Source: Alphaproteobacteria bacterium (GTDB lineage: Bacteria; Pseudomonadota; Alphaproteobacteria; JAUHZY01). Taken from it: a stretch of DNA of 64,000 bases. Numbering within the stretch: position 1 is the first letter of the stretch; each line of letters starts with the position of its first letter. The stretch lies in contig JAUHZY010000001.1 of NCBI GenBank assembly GCA_030425825.1, positions 743,607 through 807,606 of the forward strand. The letters are read 5' to 3'. The notes beneath the pieces were generated by a model that saw nothing but the letters and a program-made list of their open reading frames with translations, ran no database searches and was not told the DNA's origin. Of the stretch, positions 42,165-52,427 are shown in pieces. The translations under genes were made by a program, and so were the position numbers.

Positions 42165-42762
42165 GAAGTATCTAGCCGTTTTTCTTTTCTTTGTTATATC
42201 CACCAGCGCCTTTGCAAATCATGCTTCAAAGCTTGAAAACTATATGCGTTCAATCACTTCACTGCAAGGCCAGTTCATTCAAGCCGATTCAAATGGTGGT
42301 AACGCACAAGGTTTCTTCTGGCTTAAAAGACCAGAAAAGCAGAAACTGGGAAAGTTGAAAATTGACTATAAAAAACCAACGCCTGTTTTGTTAGTGACCA
42401 AAGAAGACAGTTTGATCTTTTTTGACAAAGAATTGAATCAAGTCACATATTTAAGCATTAAAGACAGCCCGCTTGAAATCCTTCTTCACGATGAAAAAAT
42501 TGATTCAAACTGGGTTCAAGAGGCTAAAAGCCGCCATGGATTCTGGCGCATCACGCTTAAAAAGCCAGAAGCTTCAGAAACATTAACGCTGACCTTCGAA
42601 GAAGCCACTCAAGCCCTGAAGCAATGGCAAGTTAAGGATGCCAAGGGCATCACCACAACCATCACGTTGTACAATGTGGCCAAAAATATTGAAATTTCAG
42701 ACAGTGTTTTTGTCTTCACCCGCCCGAAGAAAGGCGCCTACAATCCTCTACTGGATGATTAA
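42163..42762 (+). CDS. lolA: LolA-like outer-membrane lipoprotein carrier protein
   Basis: Signal peptide MKYLAVFLFFVISTSAFA. SLQGQFIQ....G...GFFWLKRP.K.....Y..P...LLV...DSLIFFDKELNQVT matches the LolA pattern. Confidence 0.65.
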   Translation: MKYLAVFLFFVISTSAFANHASKLENYMRSITSLQGQFIQADSNGGNAQGFFWLKRPEKQKLGKLKIDYKKPTPVLLVTKEDSLIFFDKELNQVTYLSIKDSPLEILLHDEKIDSNWVQEAKSRHGFWRITLKKPEASETLTLTFEEATQALKQWQVKDAKGITTTITLYNVAKNIEISDSVFVFTRPKKGAYNPLLDD

Positions 42763-43532
42763 CGGCTATTACCCTGGTTTTGTTGTGTGGCAACCTTCCT
42801 GAATGAAACAGACGGACTTTCAATTGCTTCATCGCCCATTTCTTTGAGCAAGGCATTCATCTCATTCATCTTAAGAGTATCAACATTTGCAGAACCCTCT
42901 CCCACATACTGAAGTTCAAAAGATTCTTTATTTCCGACCCTTACGTATGTTTGTATATGGTTTCCGACACGCGTGCTAATTCTCAAAGTATTTTCTGTTG
43001 CCGTCAGGTGATACTCTCTGTCATCTTTTGTGAAAACACTGTCAACATCGTTATAGCAATTCATATCTCGTTGATGAATTTCGGCAAGTACTTTGAGGCG
43101 CTCCTCTGCGTCTTTCGCATCCTTCTTATTTGGAAGATAGTGTGCATAGCCTTGCTCATTATATCTATACTTGGCTTCGCCATCTTTGCTTAAGGTTGCC
43201 ACAGGAATATATCGTCCGCTTGAATGCGTGAAGCTGCCCTCTGCAGAAAGGGAATCATCAAGTCGCGCAATCCTAGTGCCTTCAACACGGATTGTCTGCT
43301 TAATCGCTGAGCCATCACATCCTAGCTTCAAGCTGTACATGCTGCCGTCATCACCCACCTGAAGGTGGTGATAATCAAGATAATCAACAGCCGTGATTGA
43401 ATCAAAAATATGATGTGCGAAAGAATCTGTTGTCGCAGAATCTAGGCTTGAATGCGCAAACGTTCCCTGAGCTTTTGCAAGAAAAGATACTCCTGTAAGA
43501 AGAACTGTTGCTATTATTGTGGGGACTTTCAT
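42759..43532 (-). CDS. Hypothetical secreted protein
   Basis: Signal peptide MKVPTIIATVLLTGVSFLAKAQG. GAGAGAG SD. No recognisable domain. Confidence 0.6.
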   Translation of the reverse strand: MKVPTIIATVLLTGVSFLAKAQGTFAHSSLDSATTDSFAHHIFDSITAVDYLDYHHLQVGDDGSMYSLKLGCDGSAIKQTIRVEGTRIARLDDSLSAEGSFTHSSGRYIPVATLSKDGEAKYRYNEQGYAHYLPNKKDAKDAEERLKVLAEIHQRDMNCYNDVDSVFTKDDREYHLTATENTLRISTRVGNHIQTYVRVGNKESFELQYVGEGSANVDTLKMNEMNALLKEMGDEAIESPSVSFRKVATQQNQGNSR

Positions 43533-43595
43533 TGCTCTCTCTCATTTACTCAAAACGAGAGGTGAGTATAATTGATTCCTTTATGGAGTCAAGCT

Positions 43596-44807
43596 TTAAC
43601 GCTGGTTCGGATCGAGAACCTGTTGCGGAAAATCCTGCTTCAAAGGTATATTCGCACCGCCATGGAAGAATTTATCATTCCCATGAGAGGATTCAGTATC
43701 TGTGCTAAGTGTAGGAACTCCTTCAAGCGGAAGCTCGGCATCTTTTTCTTGCTTCTGCTCTTGTTGCTTCGAAGCTTCTAAATCTCGATCTAGAATACCA
43801 ACAACAATTTCCGGATAATAATAGGCTAAGAAAGGATGATCAATCAGGTCAACATCTCCTCGCATATCTGCCTGAGAGGCTTTTTGATACAAGCGGTTCT
43901 GCGAATAACCAGAAGAGGCTAAACTTGCCATACCACCAAGACTTGTGGCAACACCAAGAGTCACACCAACCGGCGGCACAATCATCGTCATCCCAGCACT
44001 TCCTAAAACAGAATTTCTAAAAGCTTTTGCATATCCTTGTGCATCTTTATACGTTCCTGCCAACTTATCAACATTCATATCTTGTACATCTTGAGGCATT
44101 TGGAAATCTTGAACGGCACCTTGAACCTGTTCTGCAACAAATTCATTAAGAACCTTTTCAGCTTCCATCAATTTTGCCAAAACATTCTCACGCGCTCTTG
44201 GATCATCTGCCGCATTAGGCAGGCCACCTTTTTCTATTTTTCTCTGTGTTGTGAGAGTTTCTTTGTAATCTGCCATTGATTCAACATCAAAGTCCAAGCC
44301 CAGCTGCTCTTTCAAAACGACCTGCTGGCTTTCAGGAAAACTATCCACCACAGCTTGAAGGTTTTCAACAGCAGCTAACATATGCCTGTCATAAACAACA
44401 CCCTGATCTGCACCTTCACTTTTTCTCACAAAACCTTGATCTATCTGTTCGATGGACTCTTGAATCGCGACATATAGATCGGTAAAAGCAGCGTCTTTTT
44501 CGCCAACATAATCTACCAAGCGTTTATCAACCTGCTTTGAGGCTTTTTCTGCTTGGCGTGCAATCGCTTTTGGGTTGCTTGAGATTTTATCAGGAGAAAA
44601 CTGGAACAAGGCCTCTGCAAAGGCTTCATTTTTGTATTCTTCGTATAAATCACCAGCCGCCTCAACACTTGGATTTTCTGCTAATCTCGTCATATCTTCA
44701 TGAAAGCTTTTGTAAATGTCACGCAAATCGGCTTTTTGCTCGACAAAAGTATCAACATCTTTACACCAAATATCTTTGAGAACAGAAGCAACTAAATCAT
44801 TGGGCAT
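43596..44807 (-). CDS. Hypothetical helical protein with a Gly/Ala/Ser-rich hydrophobic hairpin-like segment
   Basis: GGAGA SD. The hydrophobic stretch SVLGSAGMTMIVPPVGVTLGVATSLGGMASLASSG lies in the C-terminal third. There is no signal peptide and no recognisable domain. Confidence 0.6.
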   Translation of the reverse strand: MPNDLVASVLKDIWCKDVDTFVEQKADLRDIYKSFHEDMTRLAENPSVEAAGDLYEEYKNEAFAEALFQFSPDKISSNPKAIARQAEKASKQVDKRLVDYVGEKDAAFTDLYVAIQESIEQIDQGFVRKSEGADQGVVYDRHMLAAVENLQAVVDSFPESQQVVLKEQLGLDFDVESMADYKETLTTQRKIEKGGLPNAADDPRARENVLAKLMEAEKVLNEFVAEQVQGAVQDFQMPQDVQDMNVDKLAGTYKDAQGYAKAFRNSVLGSAGMTMIVPPVGVTLGVATSLGGMASLASSGYSQNRLYQKASQADMRGDVDLIDHPFLAYYYPEIVVGILDRDLEASKQQEQKQEKDAELPLEGVPTLSTDTESSHGNDKFFHGGANIPLKQDFPQQVLDPNQR

Positions 44808-44913
44808 TTTTTATCTCCATCATGTGCTTGTCTTTGGAACCATTTTATTCCCTTATTCCTCACATTATATCACAAATACCGCCATTTTGGAATAGATGGC
44901 GAAGTACACATTC

Positions 44914-45213
44914 CTAGCGTCCAACTGCCCTCTTCAAGGAACCTTTAATTTCTTCAGGGAGATGATTACAATTCAGATCCAAAAGCGCGCCCTGCAATGC
45001 ATAAAGCAGCATCAAGTTATCCCAGTGCTTTTGGGTATATCGTAATTTCTGGAAAGCCTCTACAGCTCCCAGCTTGCGCAAAGCGTGTTCATCCTGCACA
45101 CCAATCTCTCGCAAGCCACCAGCCACTTTGGGACCAATGTTTATGAGCTTTTCTAAAGAACGATTTTTTGACCAAACATCAGACAGCTTTTGAACCATAA
45201 ACTTCAATCTCAT
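44914..45213 (-). CDS. TfoX C-terminal-domain (helix-hairpin-helix) protein
   Basis: LINIGPKVAGGLREIGVQDEHALRKLGAVEAFQKL....LLYALQGALLDLNCNHLPEE matches the TfoX_C pattern (NIGP....L...GI......LG...A...L....LLYAL.GA). The start is 45213 or 45198; both overlap the upstream gene. Confidence 0.7.
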   Translation of the reverse strand: MRLKFMVQKLSDVWSKNRSLEKLINIGPKVAGGLREIGVQDEHALRKLGAVEAFQKLRYTQKHWDNLMLLYALQGALLDLNCNHLPEEIKGSLKRAVGR

Positions 45214-46573
45214 TTGCTAAAACAAGATCCAAACCATCTCGTAAAGATTTTCCTGTCAATGCTTGTTCGGCTTCTGACATTTGATTCAGAGCCCCTGTAA
45301 GCTTACGCGCACTTTTTGACTGATCCAAAGTTAAAGCAAGGCCATTTGTTAAAGGCTGATCCGGCGGTGTTAGAATTGCCTTCAAAGCTTTACAGGTTGT
45401 ATTAATTGTTCGACCAGGTGTTTTCTCAAGAAAGGGGTCTCCGATCTCACCAACAGCTGAGCTTGCTTCTGTCAAATCAATCGCCAGAACATCTGGGTGA
45501 TGAGCCAGGCCATGTAGTGCACGGTAAGCATGAATTGAGGACGGCCCTGCAGGCGACTCACCATTTTCATTTTTACGGATAAAGACATCTTCCCGCCCTT
45601 GAAGTTCCTCCGGTGCATCAACCATTTCAAGCCCCATCGGCGTCCCTGTTGCTGCAACCTCTCGACCGTGAATCACGTCAACATCAAAAGAAACAATAAA
45701 TTTTTTGCCCGGATTGGCATCCATAACTTTCTGGATAGCATCTTTCAAGGTTGGCTTTTGGCTTGTATGATCTCCAACAACACGTAGATTCGGGCTGTCT
45801 TGCGTCAATTCAAATTCTTGGAAATGCACGCCATCTTTTTCCATCAATGCACGCTCTGCTGCGTCCAAATCCCGTGCGCCAATCACATAAGCATTTTTAG
45901 GATTCATATGAAACTTACGTCCCAACATGCTATCAAGCCCCCCAACATCACGACCAACACCGGCGGCCAAAGACATGCCATGTGTATTGCCAGATGGAGA
46001 AATATCTTTGGTATTATAATCTGCATGTGTATCTACCCAAAGGATGACGATATTGTCTGTTACTTTCTTTACATGATTTGCAAAAGAGTTGTTTTCTTCT
46101 ATTTCCGCATCGATGATTTCAGCAACTTTCTGCCAACTAGACTCTGTTGCATAAAGATTTAGATCCATTCTAAAAGCTTCACTCGTCGGAATACTCCCAT
46201 CAAGGATGGCCTTCAGAACACTGATCAGTTTTGTGGCATGAAGCGTTGCGATTCCTTGCGTATGACCGCCTCCTAAAGCCAAGCTCTTCTTACCATGCCA
46301 CTGCGAATCTGCAATTTCCATTGCAAGGTTAAAAACAGCATCTTCAACCTGCATATAATTTTTGAGATCATATTTTTCAACAACAGGAATTGTGTCATCA
46401 ATTTTCACCATTTTCCATTTGTTGTAACTTCCCGCAAGATGTTCGCCCATAACGCTTTCAATAATGGCCGGTGCATATTGTGATCTACTCTTTCCAGCGC
46501 CACCACCAAAGGGATAACTGATAATATCTGTTTGAGACGTTTTCTTTTTCTTGCTTTTAACTTTTTTTGACAT
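45179..46573 (-). CDS. Arginase-family ureohydrolase with insertions and terminal extensions
   Basis: LALGGGHTQG (cf. GGDHS), ILWVDTHADYNTKDISPSGNTHGMSLA (cf. WVDAHADINT..SPSGN.HGMP), VIGARDLD, and FIVSFDVDVIHGREVAATGTP (cf. S.DVD..DP...PGTGTP). AAGGA SD. Confidence 0.8.
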   Translation of the reverse strand: MSKKVKSKKKKTSQTDIISYPFGGGAGKSRSQYAPAIIESVMGEHLAGSYNKWKMVKIDDTIPVVEKYDLKNYMQVEDAVFNLAMEIADSQWHGKKSLALGGGHTQGIATLHATKLISVLKAILDGSIPTSEAFRMDLNLYATESSWQKVAEIIDAEIEENNSFANHVKKVTDNIVILWVDTHADYNTKDISPSGNTHGMSLAAGVGRDVGGLDSMLGRKFHMNPKNAYVIGARDLDAAERALMEKDGVHFQEFELTQDSPNLRVVGDHTSQKPTLKDAIQKVMDANPGKKFIVSFDVDVIHGREVAATGTPMGLEMVDAPEELQGREDVFIRKNENGESPAGPSSIHAYRALHGLAHHPDVLAIDLTEASSAVGEIGDPFLEKTPGRTINTTCKALKAILTPPDQPLTNGLALTLDQSKSARKLTGALNQMSEAEQALTGKSLRDGLDLVLANEIEVYGSKAV

Positions 46574-46613
46574 GTGAAATCCTTATTGTGCCTTTGTTTT
46601 AAACGATATGGAC

Positions 46614-46642
46614 ACACTAGTGGTCCAAAAAGGATTCGTCAA
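46614..46642 (-). promoter_or_regulatory. Candidate sigma-70 promoter for the arginase-like gene
   Basis: The minus strand reads TTGACG-N17-TAGTGT in the 87-bp gap between the ispG stop and the arginase-like ATG. Confidence 0.3.
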
Positions 46643-46660
46643 ATGTTTTTAGGAAAATAT

Positions 46661-47878
46661 TTACCCGTAACGTTGGTCAACATAACTTTGAACAAGTTCT
46701 TGAAACTCTTCGGCAATGCCCTCGCCACGAAGGGTTTTGGCCTTCTTTCCATCGATAAAGACAGGCGCTGTCGGAGCTTCTCCAGTACCAGGAAGCGAAA
46801 TACCAATATCGGCATGCTTACTTTCACCTGGACCATTTACAATACAGCCCATCACAGCAACCTTCATGTCTTCAACACCTGGATATTTTTCACGCCATGT
46901 AGGCATTTCTGTCCGAATAAATGTTTGAATTTTTTGCGCTAACTCTTGGAAGAATGTGCTGGTAGTGCGACCACAACCAGGACATGCTGTCACAAGCGGT
47001 GTAAAAGATCGCAGCCCCATTGTTTGCAACATTTCCTGCCCAACGATTACTTCTTTTTCACGTGGGGCACCCGGTTCTGGCGTCAATGAAATACGAATTG
47101 TATCTCCTATTCCTTCTTGCATCAAAATCGACAACGCAGCAGTCGACGCCACAATACCTTTTGACCCCATTCCCGCTTCTGTAAGTCCAAGATGAAGCGC
47201 ATAATCGCAACGCTGCGCCAACTGGCGATACACAGCAACCAATTCTTGAACTTGTGAAACTTTGCATGAAATGACCATCTTGTCTTTCCCAAGCCCTAAA
47301 CTCTCGGCATATTTTGCACTGCTCAAAGCAGACTGAATAACAGCCTCCAAACCGACTTCTTCAGCTGTTTTAGGCTCTGCCAGTTGAGCATTTTCATCCA
47401 TCAGCTTTGCTTGGATACTTTGATCTAAAGACCCCCAATTCACACCAATACGAACAGGCTTGTCATACTCCATAGCAATTTCAATCATTTCTGCAAATTG
47501 ACGGTCACGCTTTTCACCAAAACCGACATTTCCAGGATTAATACGCAACTTTGCAAGTGCCTTTGCACAATCAGGGTACTGACGCAATAAGCGATGACCG
47601 TTATAGTGAAAATCTCCTACAATGGGGACATCAAGGCCCATCTTATTTAAGCGATCAACAATATAAGGAATTTGTGCGGCAGACTCTTCGTTATTCACAG
47701 TCACACGCACAAGCTCTGACCCTGCTTCGAAAAGCGTTGCAACCTGCTCAACTGTACTTTCTAAATCAGCTGTATCTGTATTGGTCATGGACTGAACAAC
47801 AATTGGCGCACCACCACCAATTGTAACATTACCAACCTTAACGCTTTGCGTTTTATGTCTTTTGATATCCTGCAACAT
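46661..47878 (-). CDS. ispG: 4-hydroxy-3-methylbut-2-en-1-yl diphosphate synthase
   Basis: [20 protein letters not shown], plus the Fe-S Cys motifs CPGCGRT and GCIVNGPGE. The start is set at ATG 47878 (MLQDIKRHK..). Confidence 0.95.
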   Translation of the reverse strand: MLQDIKRHKTQSVKVGNVTIGGGAPIVVQSMTNTDTADLESTVEQVATLFEAGSELVRVTVNNEESAAQIPYIVDRLNKMGLDVPIVGDFHYNGHRLLRQYPDCAKALAKLRINPGNVGFGEKRDRQFAEMIEIAMEYDKPVRIGVNWGSLDQSIQAKLMDENAQLAEPKTAEEVGLEAVIQSALSSAKYAESLGLGKDKMVISCKVSQVQELVAVYRQLAQRCDYALHLGLTEAGMGSKGIVASTAALSILMQEGIGDTIRISLTPEPGAPREKEVIVGQEMLQTMGLRSFTPLVTACPGCGRTTSTFFQELAQKIQTFIRTEMPTWREKYPGVEDMKVAVMGCIVNGPGESKHADIGISLPGTGEAPTAPVFIDGKKAKTLRGEGIAEEFQELVQSYVDQRYG

Positions 47879-49394
47879 GTGGCGTGTCTCCTTTTGACTT
47901 ATCGCCGCCAGTATCACCTATTTCACTTTCAGTGGCAACAACTGGTTGAGACGTATCCACACGATTTTTTAGCATATTTTTGTAAGCAACCTCTTCATAT
48001 AAACTTCTATACTCAGAACTATATTGTGCACTTGTCGGGCCCGTCATTTTCTTCATGATAATATGAACGTCAAGATTGGGGTTGCTTTCACGCCTTAAAC
48101 GATTTAGCAAAAATGACATGGACCCAACAATCAACACTTTATGCGGATCTTGTTCTATTAATGCTCTAGCCTCATCACTCAACAACTCCCCAGCATGCTC
48201 AACAAACGATGTTGTATAAGCCTCAAAATTCTCAGCTACTAAACCAGTTGCTTTTACGCGTCTTCCCATATTTGCCCAAGCATTACCAACATCAAACAGC
48301 ACTGGCAAAACAGGCAATTCGTTTAGATCACCAAACAACTCTACATCATTCTCACTAAACTTAAAATTGGCCGGGTTGGGGTCACCATGCACAACTTGCA
48401 TAGGCCTATTCATAGCAACAGAAACGACATCATCTACGTCCTTTAAACCAACAATTATTTTTGCAAGATGATGATCCTCGGTGTAAGCTTTATGAAGCTC
48501 TATTGCACGGTCAGTAACTTTTGTTGAAAACACTTTTCTTTTTTCAGTGTCTCTCGTTGCTTTAACCTTTTTTTCCCACATATTATGGATACTAATGCCT
48601 GTCGCATCCATAATACGCACAAGGTCTTGGTAAGACTTGTCTTCAATAATTTCCTCATATGTCTTTTTCTTTAAGGCCTCTAAAACAGCAAGAACATCTC
48701 GGTACGAATTAAACGTTAAGTCTATATTTGACCTTAAGACCTTGAACTGATCATCCTGCTTATACCTGCTATAAATAATATCAGACAAACTGCCTGTAAA
48801 ATGCGCCGGGTTGCTTTTATTATAAGAAGTTTTTTTTCCTTCATAAGCGTCTAAATGTCCCAAGGCATCGTGAGCAGACTGTAAAAACTGTGCATGATAT
48901 TTTCCAATCAAAGCAGCTTGCTGTGCCGTTGTATTATTGAGGTCACCATATTCACCATTTTCAACATAAGGGGAGATTTGAAAATACCTACCTTCATAAA
49001 GAGCCATTTTCTCAACGGTTTCTTCTTTTAGGTTATCGCTACTAAAATACACTGTCGTGTATCTCAACGGTCCTTTTCTTGATTGAATAAACTTTGGCAG
49101 CTTATTGTTTCGATGAACAGAACGAGTTCCTTCTAGGATTGCATCCAATGTTTCAGCAGTTATTTGAGAAAGGTTTTGTCCAGCAGTAGGACAGGGAAAA
49201 GACGCGAAATATCGCTCTTCCTTACCCAAAATGCCGCCTGTGCTGCGAATTGTTAGGATAAAGTTATCACCACTCGCACCGATTGGTGATCGCTCAACCT
49301 TAACAATCTTTGTATTCTCAAAGCTTCCTGGGTATTGATTATACAGAAACAGTTGTAAAGCTTTTGGGTTCTCAACTAAAAAGTCCTCTGGCAT
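47853..49394 (-). CDS. Hypothetical protein with APH/protein-kinase-like fold signatures
   Basis: [14 protein letters not shown] (Gly-rich-loop-like), [11 protein letters not shown] (HxDxxxxN catalytic loop) and VLFDVGNAW (DFG-like). The start is set at ATG 49394 (AAGGGA SD); the track uses TTG 49436. Confidence 0.55.
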   Translation of the reverse strand: MPEDFLVENPKALQLFLYNQYPGSFENTKIVKVERSPIGASGDNFILTIRSTGGILGKEERYFASFPCPTAGQNLSQITAETLDAILEGTRSVHRNNKLPKFIQSRKGPLRYTTVYFSSDNLKEETVEKMALYEGRYFQISPYVENGEYGDLNNTTAQQAALIGKYHAQFLQSAHDALGHLDAYEGKKTSYNKSNPAHFTGSLSDIIYSRYKQDDQFKVLRSNIDLTFNSYRDVLAVLEALKKKTYEEIIEDKSYQDLVRIMDATGISIHNMWEKKVKATRDTEKRKVFSTKVTDRAIELHKAYTEDHHLAKIIVGLKDVDDVVSVAMNRPMQVVHGDPNPANFKFSENDVELFGDLNELPVLPVLFDVGNAWANMGRRVKATGLVAENFEAYTTSFVEHAGELLSDEARALIEQDPHKVLIVGSMSFLLNRLRRESNPNLDVHIIMKKMTGPTSAQYSSEYRSLYEEVAYKNMLKNRVDTSQPVVATESEIGDTGGDKSKGDTPHVAGYQKT

Positions 49395-49555
49395 TCTTGT
49401 CCCTTTTACAACCACAAAAGATAATTTGTATCCCAAAAGAATACCTTTATCAAGGTGTATTTTAGAAATAATACTTTATCCCATACTCATTTTTCTCTTC
49501 ATGTTGCCTTATATTTCTCTTATAATTGCGGACTCTTGTAAATAAGGATAAGAAA

Positions 49556-50755
49556 ATGCTAAAAAACACACTTCCTGACGCAGAAGGTCATTTTGGTAAA
49601 CATGGTGGGAAATATGTTGCTGAAACACTTATGCCAGCCTTAAAAGAGCTTGAACAAGCTTATACAGATGCGAAGAATGACCCTCTTTTTTGGGAAGAAC
49701 TTTACCATCACCACAAGGAATATACTGGACGTCCTTCTCCCCTATATTTCGCGGAAAGACTTACCAAACACTTGGGTGGGGCGAAAATCTACTTCAAGCG
49801 AGACGAGTTAAACCATACAGGAGCACATAAAATTAATCATTGCCTGGGGCAGATGATCCTTGCCAAACGTATGGGAAAAACAAAAATTGTTGCTGAGACT
49901 GGTGCAGGACAACACGGTGTCGCAACAGCCACTGTTTGTGCAAAATTTGACCTGCCTTGTATCGTTTATCAAGGTGCCGTTGATGTTGAACGCCAAAAAC
50001 CAAACGCCTTTAGAATGAACCTTCTTGGGGCTGAGCTGCGCCCTGTTCACTCTGGCTCAAAAACATTAAAAGATGCCGTTAACGAAGCCATTCGTCATTG
50101 GGTTGCTAATGTTGATGATACATACTACTTACTTGGCTCTGCGCTTGGGCCACATCCTTACCCCGAAATGGTCCGTGACTTTCAGCGTATTATCGGCGAA
50201 GAAATCAAAGAACAAATTATGGAGCGTGAGGGCCGCCTGCCCGACACAATGGTTGCTTGTATTGGTGGTGGATCAAATGCAATTGGAATGTTTCACGCGT
50301 TCCTTGATGATGAGAATGTGAAGCTTATTGGTGTTGAGGCCGAAGGATACGGGCTGGAGACAGGACAACATGCTGCTGCAATTGCAGGCGGTGATGAAGG
50401 CGTTTTTCATGGGTTTTTCTCATATTTTTTACAGGATGATGATGGGCAAATCATTGAGCCACATTCAATTTCTGCGGGACTTGATTATCCAGGAATTGGC
50501 CCCGAGCATGCATATCTTCATGATATTAAACGCGTTGAATATGTTTCAGCAAAAGATGATGAAACCTTGGAAGCCTTCCAGCTTCTTTGTAAGTTAGAGG
50601 GTATTATTCCAGCCTTGGAACCTTCTCATGCGCTTGCACATGTCATGAAAATTGCACCAAAACTGCCAAAAGATCATATTTTGGTCATGAACCTTTGTGG
50701 ACGTGGAGACAAAGACATTTTTACTGTTGCAGATAAATTAGGGGTGAAAATATGA
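49556..50755 (+). CDS. trpB: Tryptophan synthase beta chain
   Basis: HTGAHKIN (PLP Lys) and GGGSNAIG. The start is ATG 49556 with an AAGGA SD. Confidence 0.97.
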   Translation: MLKNTLPDAEGHFGKHGGKYVAETLMPALKELEQAYTDAKNDPLFWEELYHHHKEYTGRPSPLYFAERLTKHLGGAKIYFKRDELNHTGAHKINHCLGQMILAKRMGKTKIVAETGAGQHGVATATVCAKFDLPCIVYQGAVDVERQKPNAFRMNLLGAELRPVHSGSKTLKDAVNEAIRHWVANVDDTYYLLGSALGPHPYPEMVRDFQRIIGEEIKEQIMEREGRLPDTMVACIGGGSNAIGMFHAFLDDENVKLIGVEAEGYGLETGQHAAAIAGGDEGVFHGFFSYFLQDDDGQIIEPHSISAGLDYPGIGPEHAYLHDIKRVEYVSAKDDETLEAFQLLCKLEGIIPALEPSHALAHVMKIAPKLPKDHILVMNLCGRGDKDIFTVADKLGVKI

Positions 50756-51570
50756 GCCGCTTAGAAACAACTTTTGACGCACTAAAAAAGCAAGGGAAAA
50801 CAGCTTTTATTCCTTATATTATGGCGGGCGATCCTGATTATGACACAACACTAAGCCTCATGCTGGAAATAGTGAACCATGCACATGTTGATGTGATTGA
50901 GCTTGGCATGGCCTTTACAGATCCAATGGCTGATGGCCCTGCAATTCAAGAAGCGGCAACACGCGCACTGACAAATGGCGCACGCCTTTCAAAAACGCTC
51001 GAGCTAGTGAAAAAATTCCGTGAAAAAGAGAAAAACACGCCAATTGTTCTGATGGGATATTTCAACCCCATTCACAAGTTTGGACTTGATGCATTCTTAA
51101 AGGCCGCGCAGGATGCTGGGATTGACGGCATTCTTGTTGCCGACCTCCCTGTTGAAGAAGACCATGGTTTTGCCGCGAATGCAAAAAAACATAACATTGA
51201 TGTTATTCAACTTGTTGCACCGACAACCCCGGAAGAAAGACTTAATAAAGTTCTAAAAAATGCCGGTGGATTTGTTTATTATGTTTCTGTTACAGGCGTT
51301 ACAGGAACAACATCTGCCCTTAAGCAAGATGTCCAAAAAAATATTGAAAAGATTCAAAAATACACAACATTGCCAATTGGCATTGGATTTGGTATAAGTT
51401 CCCCTGATCAATCGTATGAAATGGCACAAATCGGTGACGCTGTAATTGTTGGTTCTGCGATTGTAAAGAAAATAAAAGAAAACCTAGACGAAGGAAGTAT
51501 TGCTAAACCTGACCTTGTGAAAAATGTCTCAAAGTTTGTTAAAACACTGTCAGATGCAGCGCATAAATAA
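50752..51570 (+). CDS. trpA: Tryptophan synthase alpha chain
   Basis: [14 protein letters not shown] and GFGIS. The start overlaps the trpB stop. Confidence 0.95.
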   Translation: MSRLETTFDALKKQGKTAFIPYIMAGDPDYDTTLSLMLEIVNHAHVDVIELGMAFTDPMADGPAIQEAATRALTNGARLSKTLELVKKFREKEKNTPIVLMGYFNPIHKFGLDAFLKAAQDAGIDGILVADLPVEEDHGFAANAKKHNIDVIQLVAPTTPEERLNKVLKNAGGFVYYVSVTGVTGTTSALKQDVQKNIEKIQKYTTLPIGIGFGISSPDQSYEMAQIGDAVIVGSAIVKKIKENLDEGSIAKPDLVKNVSKFVKTLSDAAHK

Positions 51571-51581
51571 AAGGCTCTAAA

Positions 51582-52427
51582 ATGAACTGGATTTCAAACT
51601 ACGTCCGACCAAAAATTCAAGCTCTTGTACAGAAAAGTGATGTGCCTGAGAACTTGTGGGTACCATGCGGAAACTGTGGAAAAATGGTCTTTCACCGCGA
51701 CCTAGAAAGAAACGCCCAAGTTTGTCCGCATTGTGAACACCACATGAAGCTGGATGTGATATCGCGTCTTGAAAGCCTTTTTGATGACGGTAAATATAAA
51801 ACGATTAACATGCCAGAAGTTGAAGCTGATCCTTTGAAATTCAAAGATAAGAAAAAGTATCCCGAACGTCTAAAAGATGCGCGCAGCAAAACAAAGCGTG
51901 ACGATGTTATCGTTGCAGGGTTAGGAAAAATTGGTGGTCGCAAGGCTGTTGTCGCAGCTTTTGACTTTAAATTTATGGGTGGATCCATGGGAATGGCTGT
52001 GGGTGAAGCCATTGTAAAAGCTGCAGAAACTGCAGTCGTTCAAAATGCTGCTTTCATTGTTGTCCCTGCTTCTGGTGGTGCTCGTATGCAAGAAGGTATT
52101 TTGTCATTAATGCAAATGTCACGTACAACGATTGGCGTCGATATGGTTAAGGAGGCAGGCCTCCCTTATATCGTAATTCTTACAGATCCAACAACCGGTG
52201 GTGTAAGTGCTTCTTTTGCAATGCTGGGAGACATCCAAATTGCAGAACCTGGTTCGCTTGTCTGTTTTGCAGGAGCACGTGTAATTGAAGAAACAATTCG
52301 CGAGAAACTGCCTGAAGGTTTTCAGCGCGCAGAATATCTCTTGGACCATGGCATGGTAGATATGGTTGTTCATCGAAAAGACATCCCCAGCACTATTGGG
52401 AAAATTCTTGACCATTTAATGAATTAA
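51582..52427 (+). CDS. accD: Acetyl-CoA carboxylase carboxyltransferase beta subunit
   Basis: N-terminal zinc ribbon CGNCGKMVF...CPHCEHH. GGSMG and GGARMQEG. Confidence 0.95.
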   Translation: MNWISNYVRPKIQALVQKSDVPENLWVPCGNCGKMVFHRDLERNAQVCPHCEHHMKLDVISRLESLFDDGKYKTINMPEVEADPLKFKDKKKYPERLKDARSKTKRDDVIVAGLGKIGGRKAVVAAFDFKFMGGSMGMAVGEAIVKAAETAVVQNAAFIVVPASGGARMQEGILSLMQMSRTTIGVDMVKEAGLPYIVILTDPTTGGVSASFAMLGDIQIAEPGSLVCFAGARVIEETIREKLPEGFQRAEYLLDHGMVDMVVHRKDIPSTIGKILDHLMN

